Shown one piece after another: positions 12,850 through 25,498 of a DNA stretch of 54,549 bases. Both the position numbers and the translations under genes were made by a program. The DNA lies in the NCBI RefSeq assembly GCF_004010195.1, contig NC_057758.1, forward strand, positions 7,979,717 to 8,034,265, written 5' to 3'. The notes under the pieces were generated by a model, which worked only from the letters and a program-made list of their open reading frames with translations, was not told where the DNA came from and searched no databases. How positions within the stretch are numbered: position 1 is the stretch's first letter; each line of letters begins with the position of its first letter. Origin of the DNA: Chiloscyllium plagiosum. Its lineage: Eukaryota.

Positions 12850-13167
12850 CAACCGTCTGTCCTGCTGCTTTTCGAACTTTGACGTATGTGCCTCTGTTTC
12901 AGCTTTACTCACTTTTTAAAGGTGTGTATTTATTGGGAGTGTTGTTTGCATTCGAAGCAGCATAAATAAGTCTCATTTGGATAGACTGCGTTCGATGGGT
13001 ATTCTATATTCTGTTCTTTTTGTTACGTTCCGTAATTTTGTTAAAAACATTTGTCCGTTTTGAAGGCTGGGTGATTTTTACTGTATACTTACCTCAACAA
13101 ATTGCAACGTTACAGTGTGTGCTTGCTGCTGAATAATGTGTTGCATGGACTGACCTTCTCCATAACT
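12850..13167 (+). mobile_element. 3' portion of the 5' LTR of a Gypsy (Gmr1-like) element
   Basis: Ends ...ccataac immediately before a PBS; shares motifs (ggtgtgtatttattgggagtgtt) with the LTR-like segment at 38440-38915. Confidence 0.55.
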
Positions 13168-13170
13168 GAT

Positions 13171-13193
13171 TGGGTGCGCGTCCGTGATTTGAA
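13171..13193 (+). promoter_or_regulatory. Primer-binding site complementary to tRNA-Pro 3' end
   Basis: tgggtgcgcgtccgtgat matches TGGGGGCTCGTCCGGGAT at 15/18 positions, and continues ttgaa as in the tRNA complement. Confidence 0.8.
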
Positions 13194-13266
13194 ACAGCAA
13201 GTGGTAGGTACCAGTCTCTATATTTTGGGTATTGATTTCGTTGGATAGACAAATATTGGAACAACA

Positions 13267-14895
13267 ATGGCACTTGCATATGCCAAGAGTTATCTGGAGG
13301 TGGACACAGTGACTTTGGACGTTTTTCAAAAGGTGAATACGGCCAGACTGCTGCAATTCGCAGACAAACCGGGGTTCTAGCTGCCTCATTTTTTGAGTAA
13401 AGGATAAATGATTAAAGAAGTAGCTCAGCAACTAAACTTGCTGGATAAACCATCAGAAACTTTGGAGACAGCAAAAGTTGAATTGCAAATGATGCAGCTT
13501 GAGCTCGAGGCGAGAGAGAAGGAAAGGGCAGCAGAAATAAAACAGTTGAGTTACGGTTAGGAGGTAAGAAAAGGAAAAGAACGAAGGGCTTTAGCGGGTG
13601 GGAAAGGAAACAGAGAGATTGAAATTCAAAACTTCACACTTAAAAAGGAAAGCCAGCTCAAAAGGATGGAGATGGAGTCTAAAAGCAAGTATCGTGAGGA
13701 CGGGAGTGGGAGTGAGGAACCCCATAGTGGGTAAAAACCGAGTGAGAAACTGCTGAGGTATGTTCAAGTATTGCTTATATTTTCTGAGAGGGATGTCGAA
13801 GCCTTTTTCATTTCATTTGAAAATGTCACGAAACAAATTCAGAGGCCAGTGGCAATGTGGTTTTCCTTGATCAAGATACGGCTACTGAACTCGTGGCATC
13901 ACTATCAGAGGCGCAACTGCAGAATATGAAGTGGTGAAAACGCCATCTTAAATGCATATGAGCTTGTACAAGAAGCCAACAGAGACGTTTCAGGAATCTT
14001 GGAGGGACCCTGGTCAAACTTTTATTGCGTTTCAAATGATCAAGCAGTGTAATTATGAGCGGTGGAAAAGAGCTTTAAAATCCAGCAAGCCTACGATGCC
14101 CTGAGAGAGGTAAGTATTTTGCAGGAATTCAAAAATTCACTTACTGAATCAGCGCAAAAACTTGTGAAAGAGTGGAGTGTTAAAACGGCGCAGTTAGCAG
14201 CCGAAGTGGCCGATGAATATGAGCTGATCCACATAACACGACTTGGCTTCAAATAATCAATTCAATTCCGTGATTGATAGAAATTGGGGCAAAGAGAGAG
14301 ACTCACGTAGAAAATGAATTGTAGATCTCAGTGAAGATCAATACGGATACCTTACCACAGGGTAAAAAAGGAAACCCTTGAAGGGGACAAATAAGGAACA
14401 GGCTGCGATGTTTTCAATGTAATAACGTGGACCACATGAAATCACGCTGTTGGTGGCCGAGGCGAAAGCCAGATGTCGGAAAACAGGGCAAGCCTGGGAG
14501 CCTTTTTGAACTCGTAACAAACAGCTCAAGAGAAATGAGACAACTGTGTTCGCGTGTACAAGATGATTAGAAGTTAATTTAGAACGAAGTGGAAGACCTG
14601 CTCATAAAAAGAAAACCTGCAATGATAATGTTTATCCACATAGGCTAGAGGTAGTAAGTGAATAGGTTATACTATTAAGGGATAAAGGATTCTTTCAGTC
14701 TGTAATGCTGAAGGATAAGGAGACATATACTCTGAAGGAGTATTGCCAGAAAATGCACTGGGAAAAGGGAATTAATGGTGAGACAAAAATGCTCAATTAT
14801 ATAAGGCAAGGCGAGAGTGTTCGGAAAATAGTGCAAAACTTGAGGGAGGAGTACTGGATGACCACTCAGCTCGTCCAGGCATCAAACCAACATTG
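13267..14895 (+). mobile_element. Decayed Gmr1-like Gypsy gag (SCAN-related capsid, CCHC knuckle) and protease start; truncated
   Basis: MALAYAKSYLEV start; FSERDVEAFFISFENVTKQ; ALREVSILQEFKNSL; CFQCNNVDHMKSRC (14409-14450); VILLRDKGFFQS (degenerate LRDTG). Confidence 0.8.
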
Positions 14896-15944
14896 AAATC
14901 ATTTTATGTTATGGCTGTAGATAGTTAAGTCCATCAATTGCATTGCGGAAAACATCAATAGTCTGTGTCTGTGTTTAATAGCATAACAAGTGGGCAGATA
15001 GTAATGTATTTCTTTATTTCAAAGACGCTGGAAGAATATGCCAAAACGGTCGATTCCCTGTACCCGATGGTTCTGTTGTGGCATTCTTTTCTAATTGCAT
15101 ACATACTTACAACTACCCAGGGCGCGCTGCTTCTTTCTTCCATTATCACGTCAGCTTCCAGCTCATCAACATTTCAAGCAACTTCCTTCATTTTTCGACT
15201 TAACATCTCCAAGTTTCCATTGGTTTATCTACCAGTTCCTGAACCCCCAAACTGACAGCATTTCTTGAAAACAGAAATCGACAGGTAAACTCGCCGCACC
15301 CCACCCCCCTTTACGCGGATCTTTGCACAAAAAATCCTTCTCGAATAGATCAATATTGGGAGCAGATTGCGTGCAAGTTGGCTGCCTTTATCTGCTTTAA
15401 TAATACGGTGGCAGCACGGACCTTGTAAGAGCATGCCCGGTCAATGAGATGTTCTGGAATTCTGAGAGGTGCTTTCTGTTATGCATTTATTTCTGAATCT
15501 GTCCTGATCTGCGACCTTCTCAGCAGCTCACATGACTTCTGTCTCTGTCTCTCCCCACCCCCTTCTTGCCTCTAAATATCTGGTCGTCTCCAGTTCGCTG
15601 CCTCTGTATTTTCACCCTCTCATTCTCACACTATCTCGTTAATTACTTTCTATCTCTCCCTTTCTCCTTCCACAATAGAATCCCACAAACTACTCATTTT
15701 ACCTTCTCAATAATTTTACCCTGATTCTACCTGCCCTTCGTCTTATGGATCACTCTTTCAACCTTCTATCTTCAGAATGTTTTTGTGCCGATGCTGGCCT
15801 TGCAGTGCTTAGTTGACACGCTGGTTGGTTTACAATGCAGAGTGATGCCTTCAGTGAATTTTGTTAGTTTTGATTTGATTTGATTTTTACGGTTACACCT
15901 ACATAAGTTGAGTGAAAGAACGATGTTGTGCATGTCATACAAAG

Positions 15945-18900
15945 AACAAAAGGTAAAGAAAATTTACAGCCCAGGGATAGGACATTCGCCCCCACCGCCA
16001 AGCCTGACCTGATCCAAATGTACTGTCTAAACGTGTCGGCCAATTCCTAAGCGTCTGTGTCCTTCTGCTCCCCACCTACTCATGCCTCTGTCCGGACGCA
16101 TCTTAAAAGAATCTGCCGTGCCTGCCTCTACCACCTCTGCTGGCAAGGCGTTCCAAACGACCACCACACTCTGTGTGAAGTACTTGCCGCGTGTTTCCCC
16201 CGTAAACATCCCACCTCTCACTTTGAAAGCGTGACATCTTGTTATTGAATCCTTCGCAGTGGGATAAAGCTTGTCGCTGTCCACTCTGTCTAGACCATTA
16301 ATGATTTTGTAAACCTCAATCAGCATAACCCCCAACCTCATTTTTCTACTGAAATAAGTCTAATCTCCTCAAACTCCCTTCATCGATAGCACCTGCCATA
16401 CCAGGCAGCTTCGTCGTAAACCTTCTCTGCACCCACTCCAAAGCGTCCGCATCCTTTTGATAATGTGGGGGCCAGAAATTTACACAGTATTCGAAATGCG
16501 GCGGAACCAAGATCTTGTACAATTTTATCATGACTTGCCAGCTCTTATCATGAATATCCTGTCCAATATGCTTCTTGAGCACTCCAGCCACCTGTGCAGC
16601 AAACTTCAAGGTACAATGGACCTGCACTTCCAGATCTCTCTGCCCATCAACTTTTCCCAAGGCTCTTCCGTTCATTGTATAATTCGCTCTAGTATTAGTC
16701 TTGCCAAATATATCTCTTCACATTTGTCTGGATTGAAATCCATCTGCAACTTGTTCGCTCAACTCTCCAGTCTAATTGTATCCCCCTGTATTCTCTGAAA
16801 GGCACTTATGCTTTATGATCCTCCACCAATCTTCGTGTCATCATCTGCAAACTTGCTGATCATACCAACAGTGCCCTCTTCCTAACACTGACCCCAACAC
16901 TGACTCCTGTGGAACACCACTGATCACCTTCCTCCATTTCTAAAAACTCCCTTCAACTTCTACTCTCTGTGTCCTATTGCTCAACCAGTTCTTTACCTAT
17001 ATAGCTAAACGACCCTGCACACCATGTGACTTCACCTTCTTTATTTGTCGTACGTGGGAAACCTTATCAAACGCCTTACTAAAGTCCATGTATATGACAT
17101 CAACCGCCGTTTCTTCATCTATCAACTTGGTCACTACCAACTTATTAAGTGGGCACGCCACGATCTCCTCCGCACAAAACCTTGTTGCCTGATAAATCCA
17201 TTCTTTTCGAAATACAAATAAATCCTATCCCTCGGTACTCTCTCCAGCAACTTTCACACCACCGACGTCAGTGTCACTGGTCTGTAGTTAGCTGGAATTT
17301 CCTTACTACCCTTCTCGTATGGGAGAACAACATGAGCAACATTCCAGTCCTCTGGCAACTCGCCGGTATTTAAGGATGCCCAAATATATCTATCAGAGCT
17401 CCAGCTATTTAATCTCTCGCCTCCCTCTGCAACCTTGGTTAGATCCCTACCTGTCCTGGGGATTTGTCCACCTTAATAACCTTTAGCCTACCCAAGACAT
17501 CTTCCCTATTTATGCAAACGTGATCCAGACTAATAAAACTTCTATTTCCCATCTCAAGACTCATCATTTTCCTCTTTTCAGTAAACACTGATACAAAGTA
17601 ATCATTCAGAATCTCCCTCAGTATCGACACACAGACTTCCATCATTATCCGTTCATGGATCAATCCTTTCTCGAGTTACCCTCTTGCTTCTCATACAAGA
17701 ATAAAATGCTTTTGGGTTATCCTTAATTCCGCTTGCTAAATCTATTTAATGACCCTTTTTAGTCCACTTGCTTCCTCGGTTAAGATTTGTCCTACTCTTG
17801 CGATATTTCTCCAGGACCCATTCTGTTCTTAGCTGCCTAGACCTTATGTACGCGTCCCTTTCCCTCTTGGCTAGTCGTACAATTTATCCGCTCATCCAGT
17901 TTCACAAATATTGCACTTCCTATCCTTTGCCTTCAGCGGGACATGCCTATCCTGCACTATCTTTAACCTATCCTTCAAAGCCTTCCTCATCTCAAATGTG
18001 GACTTCCCGGCAAATAGCTGTGTCGAATCCACATTTCCCAGTTCCTGCTTAATTTTGATATAATTGGCCTTGGACCAGTTAAGTACTCTTCCCTTACGAC
18101 CACTCTCTTCTTTTGTATGATTATTCTAAAACTTACAGAATTGTGGTCACTGTTCCCAAAGAAGTCCTCCACCGCAACTTCTACCACCTGTCCTGGCTCG
18201 TTCCCCATTACCAGGTCCAATATGGCCCCTTCCCTTGTCGGACTATAGACATACTTCTCTAGAAAACTCTCCTGGACCCTTCTTATAACTTCTCCCCCAT
18301 ACAGACCTCTGACGCTAATTGTTTCCCAGTCAATGTTCGGCAAATTAAAATCTCCCACCAACACACCCCTATTACCTCGACATCTGTTTACCAATGTGTT
18401 CTTCTACCTCACGTTCACTGTTGGGAGGCCTGTAATACGACCCAAACAATTTAGCTACACCCTGCTTTTTTCACAGCTCCACCCATAATGCCTCATTACT
18501 CAAGAGCTCCATAGTGTCCTCCTAGAGTACAGCCATGATATCGCCCCGACCAGCAGCATAACTCCAACCCCCCTTCAAATTCCCTCCCTGTCCTGTCTGA
18601 AGCGTCTATATCCTGGAACATTTACTTCCCAATCATCATGCCCTTCCTTCAACCAAGTCTCTGTGATTGCAATAACGTCATACTCCCAGGCACCAATCCA
18701 AGCCGTAAGTTCATCTGCTGAACACACTTTTCTCCTTACATTAAAGTCCATGCATTTCAGGCCACCACTTACTTTGTACCTGTCAGGCAGGAAGGAAAGG
18801 GTCGTGTACCTGTCAGGCAGGAAGGAAAGGGTCGTGCGAGGGAGCCGTGGTTTAATAAGGAATTGGAATCCCTTGTTAAATGGAAGAGGGCGGCCTATCT

Positions 18901-21640
18901 CAAGATGAGACGTGAGAGGTCCTGCTCGAGAGAGTGCTCCAATGAACAGGTCTCTTCTTGAAAGGCCTGCCAGTGGAGGCTATGCCAACCTGGTCTGGGG
19001 GTCAACACCCAGGTCAGTGCCATCTCTGGGGTAAGGAGGATTGGCCCACTGTGTAGAACCCAGGTCAATGACCATCTCGTCTCCACCAGGGTAGGTGCTG
19101 CATTCCACTTCCCCTTCCTGGTACCCCAGCCTGTTAATCCCACAGGATTAACACCCCACGTCATCACCCAACTTCCCACCCCACGTCATCACCCGACCCA
19201 TCTCCATTTCCCTACCCTTCCGTCCCAGAGCCTGGTTTATCATTTGTACATTCTCTGCCCCTCCATTGAAGCTAGGGGGTTTCTGATCATGGATAACCTG
19301 TACGGTCCCTCCACTGTCCCACCTTCCCATGGTACACAATTTCAGGCATGCTTCACACCGCTATTATTTATGCCCAGTGAGGAGTAGTTGTCACATCAAT
19401 GCAGTGTTGTTCCAGGGTGTGAAAGCCCTTACACAACAGGATTGAAATTTAACATTGCTATGTTTAAGAAAGTGACTCAATGTTGACTAATTTGTCAGGT
19501 CAGAGGTCAGATGTGATCAGTCCAGGCATCAGCACCTCGTAAAATAGTCAGGGCCCTTTTGTTTAAGGCTAGCCAGGTGCCTGCCTGATACACAAGTTCT
19601 GAGCACAGATTATATTGCCCACGTTTTATCAGGCATTTTGGAGAAGGTTCTAAAAGGACCAGAGGAAGCTGCTGACAGTAGATTGCAAATTCTTGAAAAA
19701 ACTTTTTTTATGTGGAGCTGAAAGGAGCACCACACTGTCCAATTGCTTCTACAATGATCGGTGGCTCCTGTCAATCCCCTCATCTCCCTCATCACTCCAA
19801 CCCCTCCAATCCCATAACCACTCGTCTGCCCAACCCTTGTCAATCACATCATCTTGTGTACAAGATGATTAGGGGGTTAGATAGGGTCGACAGTATGAAC
19901 CTTTTCCCGCGTATTGAGTCGGGTATTACAAGGGGGCATAGCTTTAAATTAAGGTGGGGTAGATATAGGACTGATGTTAGGGGTAGGTTCTTCACTCAGC
20001 GAGTCGTTAGTTCATGGGATGCCCTGCCAGTAACAGTGGTGGGCTCTCCCTCTTTATGGGCATTTAAGAGGGCATTGGATAGGTATATGGAGGATAGTGG
20101 GTTAGTGTAGTTTAGGTGGGCTTGGATCGGCGCAACATCGAGGGCCCAAGGGCCTGTACTGCGCTGTATTCTTCTATGTTCTATGTTCTATGTTCTATGT
20201 TCTATGCCCTTATCTGCCTATTCTTCCCTTCATTAATTTTATCTTCATAATTATTACAGTCCCCAGTTTACACCTCTCCTCCAACTTGTTTTCACTTCTG
20301 GTTCCCAGTCCCCTGCCACATCAGTTTAATCCTCCCCAACAAAAACTCCCCCAAGGACATTGCTTCTGGTCTGAATCAGATGTAGACCGTCCATTTTGTA
20401 ATAGCCCTACCTTCCCCAGAACTGGTCCCAATGCCCAACAAATCTATACCCCCTCCCTCCGGCACCATTTCTCAAGCTTCGTGGTCATCCTGTCTATTTT
20501 TTCATTTCTACTCTGGCGAGCACGTGGCACTGATAGTAATCCCGAGATCACTACATTTCAGTTCCTCCTCCTAAACTTCTCTCCTAGCACACTTAATTCT
20601 TCTTTCAGGACCTCATCTCGGTTTCTACTTATATCGTTGCTGCATGCATGCATCAGGAAAACTGGCTGTTCAAGCTCCCCTTTTTGAACGCTCTGCAGCC
20701 GCTTAGTGACATCCCTGACTCGAGCACCAGGGAGGCAACATACCATCCGGGAGTCCCGTTTTTGGCCACAGAAACGCCGAAATACTCGCCTCACAATAGA
20801 ATCCCCTCTGATTATGGACCTACGAGTCTTTTCCGAGCCCTTCAGAACTTCAGTGCCTGCCACGGTGCCATGATCTTGACAACCGCTGCCCTCTTCTGGT
20901 GAGCCATCTCCCCCAACAGTATCCGAACGGTATACCTGTTTTGGAGGGAGTTGACCGCAAGCGACACCTGCACTGCCTTCCTACTCTTTTTCTGTCTTTT
21001 GGTCACCCATTCACTTTATTCCTCAGCAATTCTAAACTACGGTGTGACAGATCACTAAACTTCCTACCCACGACCTCCTCAGCATCGCAGATGCTCCACA
21101 GTGATTCCATCCGCAGCTCCAGAGTCGTCATGCGATGAAACACGTGCTGCGGTTGGACACACGTCTTGCAAGTGTAAGAATCAGGAACGTTTCGACACGA
21201 TCCGAAACTCCCACATCAGGCAAAAGGCACATGCCACTGGTCTGCGATCCCATGCCATTGTATGCTTGGCTTCATATATTAAGAAACTAAAACCAAACAA
21301 AGCACTTACATATATGAGACAAAGATGAGAAAGAAATAAAAGCCTTACATTACAGAGTCTTTTTCTTCCATTTAGAGGAGGGGGAGCGGGAGAGAGATAC
21401 TACAAGTGTATTATCTCGGGTTGAGCCACTGCCCAAATATAAATTAAGTCCTTAACTTCCCGTTAGCCCTACGTTCACCTCAAATTCTCACTTCGCCGCT
21501 CTGGCAAAATGGAGGCCCGACTCCTTTTATAAGTCCTTTTTTAAGCGAGAAAACGTACCCGTCGCGCACCCCTCGCTTCACTTAACCTTCTCTCCTCGCT
21601 GCTCTGGCAAAATACAGCCGCCAAAAACACACAAATACAC
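15945..21640 (-). mobile_element. Near full-length decayed CR1 LINE (5' UTR, esterase-type ORF1, APE-RT ORF2), interrupted at ~18780-20207
   Basis: ORF1: SIIRGDSIVRR..MVCCLPGARVRDV (20558-20863). APE: LVGDFNLPNIDW..AILDLVMGNEPGQV..GNSDHNSV (17987-18394). DKSPG linker. RT C-terminus: HFEYCVNFWPPHYQKD. 3' tail near 15945. Confidence 0.9.
19855..20207 (+). mobile_element. Young 5'-truncated CR1 insertion with (TTCTATG)n tail, nested in the older CR1
   Basis: Open RT C-terminus VYKMIRGLDRVD..FFTQRVVSSWDALP..FKRALDRYM followed by tandem ttctatg units. Confidence 0.9.
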
Positions 21641-21974
21641 CAGGATCAGAGGGTGATTGAAGAGAGTGAGGAATACAAAATTAGGGCTAAAATGAAAGTG
21701 TGGACTTGAACTTTGAGACGTCCTCTCAGAGGTTTGATAACTGCGAGGAAGACTGTTTGTTTTGTCTCTTTTAGCTTTTGTATCTTCTGCCTGACAGAAG
21801 TGGTTTGGGGAGATTATTTCCGGAGTGGGAGTGATCTTTAATGATGATGGCTGATTTTCCATGACAGCGGACAATATTCATATTGTTTTCTTACGATGAA
21901 GGAACAGAAATTGGCATACCGAGCCATCGTCCATTTGGTGAAAATGCATTCTATGATGAATATGTAAAAGTTAA

Positions 21975-22165
21975 TAGGTGTTCTGGATTCATTTAAGAAA
22001 GAGTTGGATAGAGCTCTCAAGGACTGTGGAATCAAGGGTAATGGAGATAAGGCAGGAACAGGATACTGATTAATGACGATCAACCATGATTATATTGAAT
22101 GGTGGTGCAGGCTCGAAGGGCAGAATGGCCTACTCCTGCACCTATTGTCAATTGTCTATTGTCTT
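21975..22165 (+). mobile_element. CR1 3' tail fragment
   Basis: FKKELDRALKDCGIKG-type end and gaatggcctactcctgcacctattgtc tail. Confidence 0.75.
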
Positions 22166-22835
22166 AAATGAAGTATCACTTCCTCTATCAACCGTGGTAA
22201 AGACAATAAGACATGAAGAAATATCGTCCATTTGGCCCATAAAAGCTGCTCTGCTCATTAGCAGGATCATGATTTCAACCTATTATTATGTCATCTGCAT
22301 TTTTGGCAACAGGACGTTCACTTCCTTGGTACAAGTTATTAATGCTGTGCGTCTCCGAACTTCTGAAGCTTCACAGACGCCTGAGATGCGGTGGCCCTCA
22401 GATTAAACCAACACATAAGGTTAAACATTCCTTCTGAAAAGTTAGTATTTCTTTCAAAGTTTACCTGTGAAGCAGAAACTGTTGCCATCCTGTCTGAAAC
22501 TTTCTCAAGCTGCTGGGAATCTGGGTCCCAATGTTTTGGCAACGTGAGTGATTTTCTCAGTGTCAGCAGGAAACGAAATCGCCAAATACTTTCCATAACT
22601 AAAGAAAAATACCTAGTTCGAAAATGCAGTTATTTTACTCAAACCTTCACACTTCTCACATAATACAGTTGAGTGTCTCTTTACACTAATAAATAACTGT
22701 CCTGGCAGAAACACTTAGTCTTTGATTTTGTTTCAGTGAGTGAACTGTTTTGTGAATGAGCACAAGGTGTATTTAATCCTCCAAGTTCATCTGTGATCAT
22801 TAACTACAGAACGGCCTCTCTTTTCTGATACACAG

Positions 22836-22976
22836 CCTCGGTGTTCCAATCGTTCCTGCAGGACTCTGAGGACTTTCGCAGCAGAATGGTGAAAGCAGTG
22901 CTTTGGCTCCTCGTCGTTCTCGTGTTTGTCGATTCAATCACTGCTGATGAAAGACTGATTCCAAGGTTTATATTCG
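22836..22976 (+). CDS. Beta-defensin-like gene, signal-peptide exon (5' UTR 22836-22885; CDS 22886-22976)
   Basis: Acceptor ctctcttttctgatacacAG (22835); ATG at 22886 gives MVKAVLWLLVVLVFVDSITADERLIPRFIF plus G; donor G|GTAAGT at 22977 (phase 1); basic N-terminus, hydrophobic core and I-T-A cleavage-type motif. Confidence 0.85.
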
Positions 22977-23269
22977 GTAAGTATATGTCTGCAAAACCAT
23001 CACCAGGTGCATGATGAGGCCATTGACGTCTTCCAGTGCGTGGTTTTACGAAATTCGATCTTTAATACTATGCGACTTCACTCATTTGAATTTCATACCA
23101 AAGAGCATTCGATCCTAAATTGTTGCATTGTGAATACGCCAGTAGCAAGTGGAGAACGAGGGAAGTCCTACTCTTTGTCTTTGTTTTCCTGAGGCTAATG
23201 CAGATTCTGTCCATTCTGCAGTGAGTAAGCGCTCTGTATTCAGAAGGTTATATTTTTCGTTTTAAGATA

Positions 23270-23770
23270 TTCATTTGTACAGAGGCAGTTCAAACAATGT
23301 TCACTGTGATTATCTTTGCCATGGAGGGATTATCTCACGCAGAATTATTTCACAGTGTGGACTTCTATTCACTTGAATATACAACAATGGGAGGTAATTT
23401 CATTTTAACACAAGGAATTATGTTTAGAGCGGTCTTGAGGGTAAATGCAGAGGGGACGTATCCACTCAAAAGATAGACAAGGTTCAGATAGCATAGCCTC
23501 AGAATGAAGGAGCACCAATTTAAGACTGCGATATGGGCGGAAATTTTCTCTCACAAGCTTCGAATTACTTGCCATGGAGAGCTTTCCAGCAAGTTTCCAA
23601 ATTTACAATTAAGGCTAAGAGGGATAGATTTTTGATCAGTCACAGAATGCCTGCCTCTGTGGCAAGGGAAGGTACTTGGATATGAGGTGTGTCGGATCAG
23701 TCGTGATTTTTTGCACGAACAGACTTAAGGGAAGGTGTAGCCTACTCCTGTTCCTTTTTGTTATGGTCTT
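23270..23770 (+). mobile_element. Old CR1 3' fragment in the defensin intron
   Basis: Degenerate RT C-terminus and cctactcctgttcct..ttatggtcttat tail. Confidence 0.65.
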
Positions 23771-23899
23771 ATAGATGAGAATGTATTTCAGTGGACAATG
23801 TACCAATTCGTTCCAGTAATGAGGACCAGTCCACTCAGCTCCTCGAAGCAGTATATTGCTGATTGTGTTGCATCTCACTTGCAGCAGCAGTTTGCACAA

Positions 23900-25115
23900 T
23901 TACAGTCGTACAAACCTGATCGAGTTCATTGTCGAAATGGCAAAGAGGATTGCTGAGTGCACATCGGTAGGCATGATAGATATGGACTTCAGTCAGGCAC
24001 TAGACAAGGTTACCCATGGGAGAAAGATTAGCAAGGTTCGATCTTATGGAATACATGGAGAACTCGCCATTGGATACAGAACTGTCTCAAAGAGAGATGA
24101 CAGAATGAGATAGAGGAGGGCTGTTTTTCAAACTGGAGACCAGTGACAAGTGGAGTGCCACAATAATCGATGTTGGGTCAGCTATGTTTCGTCATTTATA
24201 TAAATGATTTGTATGTGAATTTAAGAGTTATAGTTAGTATGTTTGCGAATGACACCAAAATTGGAGGTGTGGTGAACAGCGAAGAAGATTACCTCGGATT
24301 GTAATGGAATCTTGAACAGATGAGTCTTTTGGCTGAGGAGAGGCAGATGCTGTTTAATTTATATAATTAGAATGTGCTCCATTTTGGGAAAACAAATGTT
24401 AGCACGACTTATACACTTAATGATAAGGTCCTCGGTAGTGTTGCTGAAAGAATAGAACTTGAAATGCAGGTTTATAGATTCTTGAAAGTCGGATGAAAGG
24501 TAGATAGGTTAGTGAAGAAGGCGTATGGTATGCTTTCCTTTATTGGTCAGAGTATTGATTTGATTAAAGGGATTGTAAGGTCATGTTGCACTGTACAGGA
24601 CATTGGTTCGGCTAGTTTTGGAATATTGCGTGTAATTCTGTTCTCCTTCCTACTGGATGGATGTTGTGAACCTTGAAAGCATTCAAAACAAAATTTACAA
24701 GGACGTTGCCAGGGTTGGAGGTTTTGCGCTCGAAGAAGAGGTTGAATAGTCGCGGGCTGTTTTTTTCCTTGAGCATCGCAGGCTGGGGCGCGACGTCATG
24801 GGAATTTATAAAATCATAAGGGATCTTGATAGGGTAAATAGACAAGGGGAAAGATATAATAGAGAACTAAGTGGTAACTTGTTCATGCAGTGGGTGGTGC
24901 GTGCGTGGAAAGAGTTGCAAGATGAAGTGGTGGAGGCTAGCACAATTGCAACATCTGAAAGATTTCTGGATGGGTTTATGAATAAGACGGGTTTGGAAGG
25001 ATATGGGCCGGATACTAGCAGTTGGGACTAGATTGGTATGGAACATCTGGTCAGCATGGACGAATTCGACCGAAGTGTCTGTTTCCATGCTGTACATCTC
25101 TTTGACTTTATGACT
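23900..25115 (+). mobile_element. HER1/CR1 LINE 3' part (RT) in the defensin intron
   Basis: DMDFSQALDKVTHG; SGVPQ; FANDTK; QWVVRAWKELQDEVVEA; tail gtttccatgctgtacatctctttgactttatgact. Confidence 0.9.
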
Positions 25116-25247
25116 CGATACACATTCGAGAGGTCACTCTTGGAGCACTGTACACAGTTCTCCCCTCTCACCACTTGATGACGACGAGCTCGAAGGCCAA
25201 ACTACTGTCAGGCACTGTACATAACTACACACGTTGGTAGGCTCTAT

Positions 25248-25498
25248 ATTAGAGTGGTGCTGGAAAAGCACAGCAGTTCAGGCAGCATCGGAGGAGCAGT
25301 AAAATCGACGGTTCGGGCAAAAGCCCTTTATCAGGATTACAGACAGAGAGCCTGAAAGGTGGAGAGATAAGTCACTTACCTCTCCATCCTTCACGCTCTC
25401 TGCCTGTGTTCCTGATGAAGGGCTTTTGCCCGAAACGTCGATTTTACTGCTCCTCGGATGCTGCCTGAACTGTTGTGTTTTTCCAGCACCACTCTAAT
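25248..25498. mobile_element. Palindromic Penelope-derived non-autonomous element (inverted pLTR pair)
   Basis: attagagtggtgctggaaaagcacagcagttcaggcagcatc... is the reverse complement of ...gatgctgcctgaactgttgtgtttttccagcaccactctaat; arms ~120 bp. Confidence 0.85.
25405..25445 (+). ncRNA. Minimal hammerhead ribozyme core (Penelope-type)
   Basis: CTGATGA (25412-25418), A, GGGC-TTTT-GCCC stem II, GAAA, then CGTC with a GUC cleavage triplet. Confidence 0.7.
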
